Virus genome (UHGV): UHGV-1370948
From: a virus
Length of the DNA stretch: 64,000 bases
Direction: 5' to 3' (one strand)
Below the pieces are notes generated by a model. It had not been told where the DNA came from. It was given only the letters and a program-made list of their open reading frames with translations, and did no database searches. This document shows positions 19,952 through 28,250 of this stretch, in pieces. A program made the translations under genes and the position numbers. Position 1 is the stretch's first letter, and each line of letters begins with the position of its first letter.

Positions 19952-20929
19952 GTGGAGAACAATGCCGTGAACATTTTAATAATCGACGGAAATAGCCTCG
20001 GTTACTACCACCAGCAGCAACCAAAAAAACTCCATAGCGGCGATATGGAGACCCACGCAGTGTTTGGTTTTATCACCAACATGCGCCGCTATGCTTCGCT
20101 TCTGAAGGCTCGACCAATAGTTCTGTGGGATGGTTTCAGCGATAAGCGTCGCGAGTTTTACCCGGACTACAAAGCCAATCGTGACGACAACGCAGAAATG
20201 AAACAGATGAAAGAAGGTTTTGCAGTCCAAAAGCCCTTCATCAAAAAAGCAATCACCTCGCTGGGTGTTGATCAGATTACTGCAATCGACGGTGAAGCTG
20301 ACGATTTGGCCGGAATTCTGAAGAAGCGTTATGTTGCGTCGAAAGACGTCGAGCACATCTACCTGTTAACCGCGGACTCCGACTGGATTCAGCTGGTTGA
20401 CGAAAAGGTAACATGGGTCAGTTTGCGCGAGGATACTAAGCATAAGCGCATCAATATCGAGGCGTTCCCTGAGTTGACTGGCTACCCAACGCCACGCGGC
20501 TATCTGGAAGGTAAAGCGCTGCAGGGTGACAAGTCGGACAACATTCAGCAAGTCGGTGGCATTGGTGACAAAGGCGCGATGGATCTGATTAACGAGTATG
20601 GCTCCATTGTTACGCTGGTTAAGGGGATTTGCGATGGATCTATTGTCATGGACAAAGGTCGCAACAAAACGGCAGTGAATAACCTGGCAAAGAACGCTTT
20701 CAATGAGAAAACCGGCTGTCGGATGCTTGAAGCGTTTATGCGGAATATTAAGTTGATGGATCTCATCGACACCAAATTCGCCCCGGAGAAGCTGGAGATT
20801 ATTCGCGGTGAGCAAAGTCTGGAAGCATTTAAGCAAATCTGTATGCAGTTAAATTTCCAGTCAATCCTCAGCGATCTGGATGTTTTTGTCGTGCCGTTCG
20901 TTAAGCGCTGCGGGTTGGTGGCTGAATGA
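19952..20929 (+). CDS. 5'-3' exonuclease / flap endonuclease (T5 D15 / T4 RNase H family)
   Basis: IIDGNSL motif and acidic metal-binding clusters. GTG start at 19952. A GTG at 19967 with a GGAGA RBS is an alternative. Confidence 0.7.
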   Translation: MENNAVNILIIDGNSLGYYHQQQPKKLHSGDMETHAVFGFITNMRRYASLLKARPIVLWDGFSDKRREFYPDYKANRDDNAEMKQMKEGFAVQKPFIKKAITSLGVDQITAIDGEADDLAGILKKRYVASKDVEHIYLLTADSDWIQLVDEKVTWVSLREDTKHKRINIEAFPELTGYPTPRGYLEGKALQGDKSDNIQQVGGIGDKGAMDLINEYGSIVTLVKGICDGSIVMDKGRNKTAVNNLAKNAFNEKTGCRMLEAFMRNIKLMDLIDTKFAPEKLEIIRGEQSLEAFKQICMQLNFQSILSDLDVFVVPFVKRCGLVAE

Positions 20930-21186
20930 TTGCGTCAATTATTACTGGAAAATCCACTACGCCGACCGCGCTGGCGAAGGAGTTAGTCTTCACCTATGGC
21001 GAGTATGTCGTGTCTGATTTTAACGCGTGCATCGTCGGTCACAAAATCGCTCTGACAGCGCGTGAAGTAGATATCGTGAAAGGCCATATTCTCACCATCA
21101 TTGAGCGATCCGCAAAAATGATGAACTGCGACACCATCACATTTAACCGTGAACAAGCCGAAAAAGAAATCGGCTTAACTAAATAA
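20926..21186 (+). CDS. hypothetical protein
   Basis: 86 aa. Start overlaps the upstream stop. Confidence 0.45.
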   Translation: MIASIITGKSTTPTALAKELVFTYGEYVVSDFNACIVGHKIALTAREVDIVKGHILTIIERSAKMMNCDTITFNREQAEKEIGLTK

Positions 21187-21202
21187 AACCAAAGGAAAAC
21201 AC

Positions 21203-22270
21203 ATGAAAAAGTCACCATTAGCAGTAGCCATGAAAAAACGTATCGGCGGAAATGATGAGATCCAGAAAGTCGAGCAATGGCTGGACACCGGTTTTCCCCC
21301 GTTAAACGAAGCCGTTTCTGGTGATCTGGAAGGCGGTCTTCCTTGTGGGCGTATTGTGGAGATTTTTGGACCTCCGTCTGCAGGCAAAACTTTCCTCGCA
21401 ACCCGCGCGATGATTGCAGCGCAGAAGGTCGGAGGTATCGCCGTATTCCTCGATCATGAAAACAGTTTTGACGTTGGTCTGGCTGAAGTTATGGGACTTC
21501 AATCTGATGAAGATGAAGGTAATTGGGTCTATAAGCAGCCTGACACCTTTGAGGATGCCATCGACTTGACCGGGCAAATCTTGTCTCTGGTTCGCAAGGA
21601 GAGTCTGATCCCAGCTGAAGCGCCCATCGTCATTGTCTATGACTCGCTGGCCTCAATGGTTCCGCGCCAGAAGTTCGAGAAGTTCGAGAAGATGGCGGAT
21701 GGCACGGCCAAAGAGAAAGACGAGCTGAATATGAACGACAACACGGCACTGGCTCGCGCGACTTCGGCAAATCTCCCAACGCTGGCTAAGTGGGCGCAGA
21801 AGTACAATGCCTGCCTCATTTTCCTGAACCAGGTTCGTACAAAAATGGGCGTCATGTTCGGAGACCCTACCACTTCACCAGGCGGCGACTCCCCGAAATT
21901 CTACGCTTCCGTCCGCATCAAGCTGGGTGGCGGTCAGTTGAAAGAAGGCGGCGATCGTGTTGGTCAGCTGGTTAAAGCAGAGTGCGTCAAAAACAAGGTG
22001 GCGCCACCGTTCCAGAAATGTGAATGGAACTTCTACTTCGACCCTTCGCGTGGTCTGGACGTCGTAGAATCGCTTGTAGAGTACATGCTTGATAAGGGAT
22101 ACATTCCGAAGACGTCCACCGGGCGCATCGAGATTGGCGACAAGAAGTATACAAAGTCCCAGATCGTCGATATGTACCGCGAGAAGGATTTGAGCGAAAT
22201 CGTGAAGGCTATTAAGTCGATTCAGGCGAAGATGAAGTCAAAGGACGAATTAGAGCCAGCTGACGCGTAA
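21203..22270 (+). CDS. RecA/UvsX-family recombinase
   Basis: 355 aa. Walker A GPPSAGKT. RecA-like core order with loop L1/L2 regions. Confidence 0.7.
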   Translation: MKKSPLAVAMKKRIGGNDEIQKVEQWLDTGFPPLNEAVSGDLEGGLPCGRIVEIFGPPSAGKTFLATRAMIAAQKVGGIAVFLDHENSFDVGLAEVMGLQSDEDEGNWVYKQPDTFEDAIDLTGQILSLVRKESLIPAEAPIVIVYDSLASMVPRQKFEKFEKMADGTAKEKDELNMNDNTALARATSANLPTLAKWAQKYNACLIFLNQVRTKMGVMFGDPTTSPGGDSPKFYASVRIKLGGGQLKEGGDRVGQLVKAECVKNKVAPPFQKCEWNFYFDPSRGLDVVESLVEYMLDKGYIPKTSTGRIEIGDKKYTKSQIVDMYREKDLSEIVKAIKSIQAKMKSKDELEPADA

Positions 22271-22287
22271 ATCACCAGAGAGCGACC

Positions 22288-23013
22288 TCAGTCGCTCTCT
22301 TTACTTCCCTTTCTAACACCAACTTTAGAGAAATGACCATACATTGCGCCAAGGCTGGCAAATGGAAATTTTTCGCCCATTTGAGACCGAATGTCCTTGC
22401 CTGTATATTCGCCAGATGCCCACATATCAGTACATACAGCTCTAAGTTGAACACGAGGATTTACCGGTTTCGGTTTAGGGGGCTTCTCACGAGGTTTTCT
22501 CGGATGCTCAGGTACGATGCCATTTTTCTTAAACCAGCGTCTAAGTGCGCCGACGTTTTTCATACCTAACTCGGGAGAGAGTTCATCAAAGATTTGTCGG
22601 GTTGTGTGCTGGCCGGCTTTCCTTAATTCCACGGCTCTTTCTCTCAAAATTGCTCGCGGATTCTTCGGAGCGTCGGTCGACTCCGAGTTTCTTACGTATC
22701 CATTTTGCCGGAACCAGAAAAGAAGAGATTCCTTGCGCTGTATACCCAGACGGCCTTTAAACATTTCAAGTAATTCGGGGGCGCTATACAGACCTGAAAT
22801 CCATAACTCGGCAGCTTTATGCCTGTTTTCATTAATTTTTTCTTTGGACTTGGAGCCTCGGATCGTGCCTTGTGATGAAAGCCAATGAACGAGTTCAGCT
22901 GAAGAACTCATGCCCATTCGTTTTCCTAACACCATAAGGATCATGTCAGCATCAAAGGCCCCATTCTCCCATAGCTCAATGGCTTTTAACCCCGCCAACT
23001 CTCTGTCTGTCAT
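22288..23013 (-). CDS. hypothetical protein built from four tandem repeats of about 55 aa (A-x-ELW-x-x-G ... L-x-x-W-x-x-x-G), HTH-like
   Basis: 241 aa on the opposite strand. Internal repeats visible by eye: AIELWENGAF..., AAELWISGLY..., AVELRKAGQH..., AVCTDMWASGEY.... Confidence 0.5.
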   Translation of the reverse strand: MTDRELAGLKAIELWENGAFDADMILMVLGKRMGMSSSAELVHWLSSQGTIRGSKSKEKINENRHKAAELWISGLYSAPELLEMFKGRLGIQRKESLLFWFRQNGYVRNSESTDAPKNPRAILRERAVELRKAGQHTTRQIFDELSPELGMKNVGALRRWFKKNGIVPEHPRKPREKPPKPKPVNPRVQLRAVCTDMWASGEYTGKDIRSQMGEKFPFASLGAMYGHFSKVGVRKGSKESD

Positions 23014-23136
23014 TCGTCTTCCCGGCCGTTAAAACGATCATGGTATGCAGGATAAAAACAGGGTTCAACATGTTTTGCTTGATGATAAGTAAGCGCTTAT
23101 CTATTATGTGTAAGCTTTTCAACAAGAGAAAACACA

Positions 23137-23348
23137 TGACCACAAAACTGTATTTGAAAATCTGCGTCACGATCGGGTTTGCGATGACGATGGTAGGGTT
23201 AGTTATCCCCTATCTCATCTCTCAAAAAAGCGACATCACTGTCCTGATTGGCTTCGTGCTGATGTTCGCAACCCCCTTCGCTTCCTATAAAGCGGCTAAA
23301 AGCATTATCCATCAACTAATTCTCTTCACGGCACATTCACAGAGGTAA
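23137..23348 (+). CDS. small membrane protein (about 70 aa)
   Basis: Starts after gagaaaacac-ATG. Two hydrophobic segments. Confidence 0.45.
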
Positions 23349-23472
23349 AAAACAGTGACATTGCAGAGTAATAGGTAAGTAGAAAGATAATTCTGTGACC
23401 GCGTAACATTTTTGATTCACCTCAATTAAGAACATAAGATAACAACTTGTTTATTACAACAAAGGAAAACAC

Positions 23473-23745
23473 ATGAAAGCCTTATTACACGTCCACGCTT
23501 CACTGAACTCTTCGTACTCCCCCTATTCCATTCTGGAATTTCCTGAAGGGACGGACGAAGATCAGCTTCAATCCTTGGCCATTAAATTTCTTCCGTCTCT
23601 TTACGGTGACGAGGAAACCGTTTTCGTTGACGAGGACGGTGTTTGCTGGAACAACGGAGAGTGTTGGTATATCGAGGACTTACGTCTCATTAGTGAAGAA
23701 GACGCGGCGCACTTGACCCGTATTCTGGGCATTTCCACGCTCTAA
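23473..23745 (+). CDS. hypothetical acidic protein
   Basis: 90 aa. Consensus RBS. Its own upstream AACAACTTGTTTA motif. Confidence 0.5.
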   Translation: MKALLHVHASLNSSYSPYSILEFPEGTDEDQLQSLAIKFLPSLYGDEETVFVDEDGVCWNNGECWYIEDLRLISEEDAAHLTRILGISTL

Positions 23746-23779
23746 ATAATAAGTAGACATTTATTTAATGAGGTGTAAT

Positions 23780-23938
23780 ATGCCGCTCCTGTATTTGACC
23801 ACGTCGATTTTTCTGCTCTTTGATAGTGTTTTTGTTGGGAGTTTTCGCAAAGCACTGGCTCCCGTGAATGGTCGGATCATAGACGTACTCGTGGGCGTTT
23901 TTCTGGCCATCGCTTTAGGGAAGTGCTTCGCATCATGA
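23780..23938 (+). CDS. small membrane protein (52 aa)
   Basis: Hand translation MPLLYLTTSIFLLFDSVFVG...LAIALGKCFAS. Its stop overlaps the next gene's ATG. Confidence 0.35.
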   Translation: MPLLYLTTSIFLLFDSVFVGSFRKALAPVNGRIIDVLVGVFLAIALGKCFAS

Positions 23939-24273
23939 AAAAGATTATTGCAGCCTCTATGATCCTCTTCTCATCCGTGGCGTTTGGAGAGAGTGAGACC
24001 GTCATGAAGTGCCAGATGAACATTATGCGTATAAGCAGCGGAAAAATGATCGGAGATCCGCATCAGTTGGCGGAGGCGATTCTGACAGCGGATACGCGAC
24101 AGTTCTATGCTGTCATCGGTGAGCGAATCATCAGTTCACCAATACTTTCAGAGCAAAAAGGTGGTTTAGCCGCATACCAAGCTGGCGCCGCTTACTTTAT
24201 GCGTAAAGACACCTTTGGTGTTATTTATGATGACTTCGGATATGTGTTTGATGAATGTGAAAAGGTTGCGTAA
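23935..24273 (+). CDS. hypothetical secreted protein
   Basis: Signal peptide MKKIIAASMILFSSVAFG. GTG at 23923 is an alternative start. Confidence 0.5.
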   Translation: MKKIIAASMILFSSVAFGESETVMKCQMNIMRISSGKMIGDPHQLAEAILTADTRQFYAVIGERIISSPILSEQKGGLAAYQAGAAYFMRKDTFGVIYDDFGYVFDECEKVA

Positions 24274-24488
24274 TGAACAACATCGCTAACAGCATGGAAA
24301 TTGAAAAAATAAGACCATACTGGCGTGCAAAAGGATTTACTCGCCCGGAAGACTTCTCAACAAGACTGGAGCGTGACGACTGCCAGATTGTGTACCGCTA
24401 TCGTTCGTGGCAGATGATTGAAATCGGCGAGACAAAAGCAAAGGCTAAATCACATCGCCTCTACAACCTTCTGTCTTCAATCACCTGA
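24273..24488 (+). CDS. hypothetical protein
   Basis: 71 aa ORF with an overlapping start. Confidence 0.4.
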   Translation: MNNIANSMEIEKIRPYWRAKGFTRPEDFSTRLERDDCQIVYRYRSWQMIEIGETKAKAKSHRLYNLLSSIT

Positions 24489-24516
24489 CATTAGATAAAT
24501 TGTTAGTGGTTACTAA

Positions 24517-24552
24517 CCCTTTGATATCAACATCTCACAGGTTAGTAACCAC
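24517..24552. promoter_or_regulatory. two 11-bp palindromes GGTTAcTAACC / GGTTAgTAACC, 25 bp apart
   Basis: Direct read, within larger inverted repeats (ttagtggttactaacc ... ggttagtaaccactag). Confidence 0.4.
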
Positions 24553-24597
24553 TAGGGGGCTAAATGGAACCCTCTAAAAATGAATCCTGATCGAAGT

Positions 24598-24852
24598 CAC
24601 CGCTGACGGCATAGTGTACCGCTAACAGCATATCAATTACCGCTGGTAACATACATTGAGCCGCTGACAGCATATCCACAACCGCTGACAGCATACGAAA
24701 TAAAAAAGCCCTCTATTCGAGGGCTTAAATTTGGTGTGAATAAACGATTCCAGACCTTCCTAATCACCGCTGACAGCATATCTAATAGTCAAATCACCGC
24801 TGGCAGCATACCATTTGCCGTTCACAGCATATATTGCACCGCTCAGAGCATA
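24598..24852. repeat. nine 15-bp iterons (consensus ACCGCTGACAGCATA) downstream of repA, in blocks of 5 and 4 split by a hairpin
   Basis: Direct read. Copies at about 24598, 24618, 24639, 24660, 24681, 24765, 24794, 24817 and 24837. Spacing of about 21 bp within each block. Confidence 0.8.
24703..24735 (-). terminator. rho-independent terminator (minus strand) between the iteron blocks
   Basis: gccctcgaatagagggc stem, followed on the minus strand by ttttttatt. Confidence 0.55.
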
Positions 24853-25965
24853 TCAAAGCAACTTCAGACCGTTACTAAGTATCTCAATTAGCTTTATATT
24901 CTCAGGCGTCAAATCTGCAGAAAGTTCAGCTATCTTCTTGATCATGTTTTGTTTTACGACGTCCAGCTCGCCGCTCTCTTGTGGCCCTTCCACTTGCTCT
25001 GCAGGCTTCTCAGGCTTCGACGGTTTCTCTTCACCAATGACTTTAAGTTTCGGGTTGCGTCCATGAATCTGAATAAATACAGAGCGACCACGCTTCACCT
25101 CTGAGTAATCGAGGTAGCCAAGCTCTTTAAGAGACTTCAGACCGTTTCGAATGGTCTGATTTTGGGAGCTGATGCTTGAGCTATTCAGATTCAACCTCGC
25201 ACGCAAACGAGCCAGAGATATTGGCGCCGGCCGCGCCGGAAGACTTTCAATGAAGGTGTATAGCGCCTGGGCGGTTTCTTTACGTGGAAGTTTGTTGATG
25301 ACCTTCAGTTGGAGAAGAACTTTGTGGTCAAACCGGTATAGCTCTGACAGCTTTGGTTCGGCGTGAAATATGATGGTGTTATTTTTCTCATTGTAATCCA
25401 CGCTATTCACCAGATGAACCATGAGCAGAGATATCTTGTTCGAGCCGTCCACGTTCTTCTCTTCGTATGTGCGCTGGAACGAAAGCGTTGTGCGCATTAT
25501 CTTCAGCAGGCTGTTCGTAATCCTGTCTCGCAGCGTCTTGCGTATCTGGGAAGATGGATACCCACAGAACTTGGCAAACTTCGTGATGCTTAGCTCAACG
25601 CGCCCACTGGCCTCCCCATACTCGGCAAGTGATCGGACGACACCAACCCACGTCTTGAAGTCGTGATCCATATCGAGACGTGGACCGGTTATTTTGATAT
25701 CGGAATAACCCTCAGATCTCGCAACCTCCAGTTGCACCAGTTCTTTTGAGGCGTCTATCTGGTTGGAGTTATTTCGTTTACTATTCTTCGTGCCTTTGAG
25801 CGTGGGAACGAACAATCCAAGTCTCATCAACGCAATGGGTTGTACGGTATTGTTGCTGTTAGGGGTGAGGTCGCCTGTGAATAACGCCGGAACACTTTCG
25901 TCGATCGCGTCATCATCATCGATTAACGGTATGTTTTCTTTCTTCTTTTTTTTGCCTGTGGACAT
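24853..25965 (-). CDS. repA: RepA-like iteron-binding replication initiator (putative)
   Basis: 370 aa. N-terminal Lys/Asp-rich stretch. Flanked on both sides by iterons. Not alignable from memory, so the call rests mainly on context. Confidence 0.55.
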   Translation of the reverse strand: MSTGKKKKKENIPLIDDDDAIDESVPALFTGDLTPNSNNTVQPIALMRLGLFVPTLKGTKNSKRNNSNQIDASKELVQLEVARSEGYSDIKITGPRLDMDHDFKTWVGVVRSLAEYGEASGRVELSITKFAKFCGYPSSQIRKTLRDRITNSLLKIMRTTLSFQRTYEEKNVDGSNKISLLMVHLVNSVDYNEKNNTIIFHAEPKLSELYRFDHKVLLQLKVINKLPRKETAQALYTFIESLPARPAPISLARLRARLNLNSSSISSQNQTIRNGLKSLKELGYLDYSEVKRGRSVFIQIHGRNPKLKVIGEEKPSKPEKPAEQVEGPQESGELDVVKQNMIKKIAELSADLTPENIKLIEILSNGLKLL

Positions 25966-25985
25966 GTGGACACCTCATTGCTTAA

Positions 25986-26086
25986 ACCGCTGGTAGCATA
26001 CTTCATTTACCGTTAGCAGCATACACAAAACAGTCCACAGCATATCGCACGCCGCTCGCAGCATATATTTTTCCGCTGACAGCATA
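25986..26086. repeat. five iterons of the same family immediately upstream of repA, overlapping its promoter region
   Basis: accgctggtagcata, accgttagcagcata, (c)agtccacagcata, gccgctcgcagcata, tccgctgacagcata. Confidence 0.75.
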
Positions 26087-26127
26087 CGCCAATGGTCTTT
26101 CAGAGCAGGCGTGGCGCGGGTTGCGAG

Positions 26128-26208
26128 GATCGGGGATCTCTTTTGATCTAATGTATGATCTATATAGGGATCTTATTATTGGGATCTATCCAGTTGATAT
26201 GTGGATAA
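26128..26208. promoter_or_regulatory. origin-like region: six GATC sites within 59 bp (five inside GATCT heptamers) plus a perfect DnaA box TGTGGATAA
   Basis: Direct read. GATC at 26128, 26135, 26145, 26157, 26169 and 26183. DnaA box at 26200-26208. Confidence 0.65.
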
Positions 26209-26281
26209 CTTTTCAAGGCATTTTAGTACGTGAGCCTTGTTTTTGGTTTAATGTGATAAAAAATACAAGGCCAAGCATCAA

Positions 26282-26929
26282 ATGAATATCAAACAGTCGC
26301 GTTACATCAGAAGACTTGAAGATGGGACTTACACCATCAAGTCTGACTCTAAACTGGTTGCTTCCAGGGACATGTGTGAGGTTTGCGGCATCAAAACCGC
26401 CTGCCCGATCTACAAAACCCGGGCATCACTGCTGGAACAAGGTGCGTCATTTGAAATCAACACATGCGCACGATACGTTCCACTCATTTCCTTCAGAAAA
26501 CCTTATCTTGGCTTAAAGGAAGCTTACTTCAACACAATGCGCAGCGGCGTAACCTGGGTCAACCGCGTCAGTGAAAATTCTGTCGTTTGTCTGGTTGGCG
26601 CTGAGAACGGCGAGATAATTCGCTTTGCTCGCGTCGCGAAGGTATTCTCTGGCCCCGTCGACAAAATGCTCAAGATAAACGCCAGGTTCAACCATCTGTG
26701 TCTCGGCGGCAAAACGCAGGATGAGGTAAGAACCGTTATTCAAAAGTCATACGGTCACTTCTTAAAAGAAGACAGCTTGCTGACGGTGATCTACCTGAAA
26801 AGCCTAAAGCACGAGTACGATTGGGAGTATCATACCGAAGAAGAAATCCGAATGATGGAGGACATCACCCCTCCAGATAACGTCGTGAGTCTCGATGAGT
26901 TAAGACGCAGGTTCGAAGAGAAGATTTAA
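26282..26929 (+). CDS. hypothetical protein with a CxxC...C motif
   Basis: 215 aa ORF next to the origin. Confidence 0.5.
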   Translation: MNIKQSRYIRRLEDGTYTIKSDSKLVASRDMCEVCGIKTACPIYKTRASLLEQGASFEINTCARYVPLISFRKPYLGLKEAYFNTMRSGVTWVNRVSENSVVCLVGAENGEIIRFARVAKVFSGPVDKMLKINARFNHLCLGGKTQDEVRTVIQKSYGHFLKEDSLLTVIYLKSLKHEYDWEYHTEEEIRMMEDITPPDNVVSLDELRRRFEEKI

Positions 26930-27164
26930 CCGCGCATATTCCTCCCCCTCCGCTATTGTGAGGGGTTTTCTCGCCCAACCCAAACATTCCCCCAACTTAA
27001 TCACAAAACCTCACTGAGAGCGTCTGGTGGCCTCGCTCCTTCCTTTATGATGAAAAATAGATAAGCATTTACTTATCTAATGGTGTTTAATATGCACCTG
27101 ATGAAGTCGCTTGGTGGCCTGTTAACCCACTCTATCATCGAATAAAACAACAACAGGAAAACAC

Positions 27165-28250
27165 ATGAAAACGATATACGGTGTGATTTCAGACCCACAC
27201 TATCATAGCTGGTCTGCGTTCTCGACAATCAGCGTCAGCGGTCTGAATTCTCGTTTAAAAATTCAGCTCGATGCAACCATCGAGGCGGCAAAAGCGATCA
27301 AAGCTTCTGGCGCAAAATACATGTTTGTTGCCGGCGACACATTCCATACGCGCGGCTCTATAACGCCTTCCGTACTCCACTTCGTCACTGAAGCATACAA
27401 AACCATCATTAACGAAATCGGTCTGGAAGTCTGGATGCTGGCAGGCAATCACGATCTGGAAACCAATGACTCAGTATTTTCGGCAAATGCGGCAGCATCA
27501 TTGCAGTCAATTGGCGTAAACATCGTTTGTGGCCCGGCCCAGAGCGTGAAAATTGATGATGTAACAGTCCACTTTATCAGCTGGCGTAACAGTCATGCCG
27601 AACTGCTGGCGGATATGAAATCGCTTCGTGAGAAAGCTGGTGCCGGAATCCACGACATCGTGATCCACACAGGTATCAACAAAGCCATTCCGACAATGCC
27701 AGACGTTGGCATTGAGGCGAATGATTTGAAGGAACTCGGCTTCCGTCTGGTTCTTTCCGGCCACTATCACAATCACAAAGAGATAATCCCTGGTGTCGTG
27801 TCAGTCGGTGCGTTAACCCACCAGAATTGGGGCGACGTTGGTACGTTGGCCGGGTTCATGTTGGTTCAGGAAGACGGTTCATTCACGCAGCACGAAACAT
27901 CGGCACCGAAGTTTGTATCTCTGGAAGGCGATGTGACTGAAGACGATATTCGCGGCAATTATGTTCGCTATCGCGCAGTCATTGAGAACGACGCCGAGGC
28001 AGTGCAAATAAAAGAGCAACTGGCGACGCTGGGTGCCGCGGGTGTTGTGACAAATCTCATCAAAAAAGCGTCGATGATGGCTGGAACTGCAAGCACCGAA
28101 TCCACCAGCAAAATCGACAGTCTCTCTGAATCAATCAGTGCCTACTGCAAGGTTGTCCACGATACGGATGGCGGCTTCGATCTGGCTAAGCTCGACTCAC
28201 TATGCAACGAAATCCTATTAGAAGCGGAAAGCGCGGGGACGTCTGAATGA
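27165..28250 (+). CDS. sbcD: SbcD/Mre11-family nuclease (T4 gp47-like)
   Basis: Calcineurin-like phosphoesterase motifs DPHY, GDTFH and GNHD. Confidence 0.8.
   Translation: MKTIYGVISDPHYHSWSAFSTISVSGLNSRLKIQLDATIEAAKAIKASGAKYMFVAGDTFHTRGSITPSVLHFVTEAYKTIINEIGLEVWMLAGNHDLETNDSVFSANAAASLQSIGVNIVCGPAQSVKIDDVTVHFISWRNSHAELLADMKSLREKAGAGIHDIVIHTGINKAIPTMPDVGIEANDLKELGFRLVLSGHYHNHKEIIPGVVSVGALTHQNWGDVGTLAGFMLVQEDGSFTQHETSAPKFVSLEGDVTEDDIRGNYVRYRAVIENDAEAVQIKEQLATLGAAGVVTNLIKKASMMAGTASTESTSKIDSLSESISAYCKVVHDTDGGFDLAKLDSLCNEILLEAESAGTSE

Noticed and set aside
24598-26086. CRISPR array
   Set aside because: The repeats are 15 bp with spacers of about 6 bp, and they flank a repA-like gene with a DnaA box and GATC cluster. 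These are iterons, not 28-37-bp CRISPR repeats with unique spacers. No cas genes are present.
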